A stretch of 51,080 nucleotides of DNA from Sediminibacterium sp. (lineage in GTDB: Bacteria > Bacteroidota > Bacteroidia > Chitinophagales > Chitinophagaceae): contig JBIIZN010000001.1 in the NCBI GenBank assembly GCA_044346275.1, forward strand, positions 1-51,080. The letters run 5' to 3'. The notes beneath the pieces were generated by a model. That model saw only the letters and a program-made list of their open reading frames with translations. It was not told where the DNA came from and searched no databases. Shown piece after piece: positions 49,524 to 51,080 of the stretch. Position numbers and translations under genes: made by a program. Within the stretch, counting starts at the first letter, position 1. Each line of letters starts with the position of its first letter.

Positions 49524-50528
49524 ATGAAGTTTCATTGTGAATTTGATATACCTGCGCTTCAAAGTCCTATTGGGCATAGGAGTCATACGCTCATGATTGG
49601 TTCTTGCTTCACAGAAAATATGGGTGAAAAATTAGCGAAGCATTTGTTTCATGTACTAGAAAATCCAAATGGTGTTTTATTTAATCCGGTATCTGTTGCA
49701 GAAGCGCTTACTCAATATATAGATGCACCAACATTTACTAGTAGCGATTTATTTTATTTTAACGAAGCCTGGCATTCATGGAATCACCATAGTCGTTTTT
49801 CGGGTACAACACCAGAGGAAGCGCTTGATAAAATAAATGAATCAACAACTGCTGCGCACGCGTTTATAAAAAAAGCGTCACACTTATTTATTACACTCGG
49901 TTCTGCGTGGGTGTATCAGTTAACAGATCAGGCCACAGGGTATGTACCTAATTTTGTGGCAGCTAATAACCATAAAGCACCAGCGAGTTGGTTTACTAAA
50001 AAATTGTTATCACCTGCAGATATTGAAGCGCTTTACCTACCACTTGTAGCGCGCTTGCGAAAATTAAATCCGGGTTTACAAATTATATATACCATTAGTC
50101 CTGTGCGTCATGTGCGTGAAGGCATGGTAGAAAACAATAGGAGTAAGGCGGCTTTAATTCAGGCGGTGCATAGCCTTGTAAATAGTGATACCAACAGTTA
50201 TTATTTTCCTGCCTACGAAATTGTAATTGACGATTTACGTGATTACCGTTTTTACAGTGAAGATATGGTGCACCCCAATTACCATGCGACCGAATATGTT
50301 TGGGAAAAATTTTTGCAGGCCTGTACAACACCAGAAACTAAAAATATCATCAAAGAAATTGCAGCTATTAATTTAGCGGCTGCACACAAACCATTTTACG
50401 TACATTCTAATCAGCACCAACAGTTTGTTCATAAAACAATTGAAAAAATTGAAGCGTTGAGCGCGCAGTATCCTTATTTAGATTGTAGTAAACAACTTGA
50501 ATTGTTAAAAGTGCAACTGCTTCCTTAA
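49524..50528 (+). CDS. GSCFA domain protein (SGNH-like)
   Basis: IGSCFT, NP.S, ITLG, ANNHK, TISPVRH, YFPAYE, DLRDYRFY..DMVHP. Confidence 0.88.
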   Translation: MKFHCEFDIPALQSPIGHRSHTLMIGSCFTENMGEKLAKHLFHVLENPNGVLFNPVSVAEALTQYIDAPTFTSSDLFYFNEAWHSWNHHSRFSGTTPEEALDKINESTTAAHAFIKKASHLFITLGSAWVYQLTDQATGYVPNFVAANNHKAPASWFTKKLLSPADIEALYLPLVARLRKLNPGLQIIYTISPVRHVREGMVENNRSKAALIQAVHSLVNSDTNSYYFPAYEIVIDDLRDYRFYSEDMVHPNYHATEYVWEKFLQACTTPETKNIIKEIAAINLAAAHKPFYVHSNQHQQFVHKTIEKIEALSAQYPYLDCSKQLELLKVQLLP

Positions 50529-50533
50529 ATAAT

Positions 50534-51080
50534 TTAGTGAATACGGTCGCCTCTAATTTCCATCGATTCCATTACTTCTTTTTCGTGGGCTAGCCATTCA
50601 CTCCAACGGCCTAAGGTTTTTTCTTTGCCAAAGTATAAGGTAGCCAGGTCAATAAACAAGGTATAATGACCCGCTTCACTTTCCATAAAACGCCTATAAA
50701 ATTTTTTCAAATATTCGTCGGAAAGGCCTTCACTTAGTCGCTTAAATCTTTCGCAACTTCTAGCTTCTACCAGTGCCATCATGAGTAATTGATCTAGTAG
50801 GCGCGTTGGTTCGTCGCCACCTTTTTTTTGAAAGGCAATGAGTGCGTTTACGTATAAATCTTTTCGCTGTTTACCAAGTTGTAAACCACGTTTGTGTAGC
50901 TCTTGTAATACCAATCTAAAATGACCCCATTCTTCGGTGACAATAGGTGCTAGTTCTTTTACAAGTTCTACACGGTCCGAATAGCGCTGGATGTAAGAGA
51001 TGCAGGTAAGCGCGGCTTTTTGCTCGCAGTAAGCATGGTCTGTTAAAATGGCTTCAATGCTAATAGCTGCAAGGTCTACC
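50534..51080 (-). CDS. miaE: tRNA ms2io6A37 hydroxylase (5' truncated by the window edge)
   Basis: Frame is open to the window end: ILTDHAYCEQKAA...EEWGHF...ALVEARSCERF...SEAGHY (di-iron ExxH motifs). Confidence 0.9.
   Translation of the reverse strand, partial: VDLAAISIEAILTDHAYCEQKAALTCISYIQRYSDRVELVKELAPIVTEEWGHFRLVLQELHKRGLQLGKQRKDLYVNALIAFQKKGGDEPTRLLDQLLMMALVEARSCERFKRLSEGLSDEYLKKFYRRFMESEAGHYTLFIDLATLYFGKEKTLGRWSEWLAHEKEVMESMEIRGDRIH

Overview
Gene-dense, AT-rich core-chromosome segment of a Bacteroidota bacterium, probably Chitinophagaceae-like (inferred). Support: TAnnTTTG promoters, Gln-after-cleavage signal peptides, and T9SS genes porQ and sprE/porW. It holds about 39 CDS, from a truncated rplQ to a truncated miaE, including carA, aroQ, tamB, ggt, degP, ddl, era, der, lon, PBP1A, sucC, a LytS/LytTR pair, metK and rlmB. 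It also has one initiator tRNA-Met, a TPP riboswitch ahead of a TonB-dependent receptor, and several intrinsic terminators. I see no mobile element, CRISPR array or defence island, and no clearly new large system. The best leads are: (1) an unannotated 57-aa repeat lipoprotein with its own promoter and terminator; (2) an exported PIG-L deacetylase / Na+ symporter / GH13 operon divergent from ggt; (3) a half GT5 protein lacking KxGG, paired with a sequon-rich DUF4270 lipoprotein; (4) sigma54-like boxes before both lon and degP; (5) a candidate LytTR autoregulatory repeat; (6) a probable CTG start for tamB. All family calls come from motif recognition by eye, not database searches.
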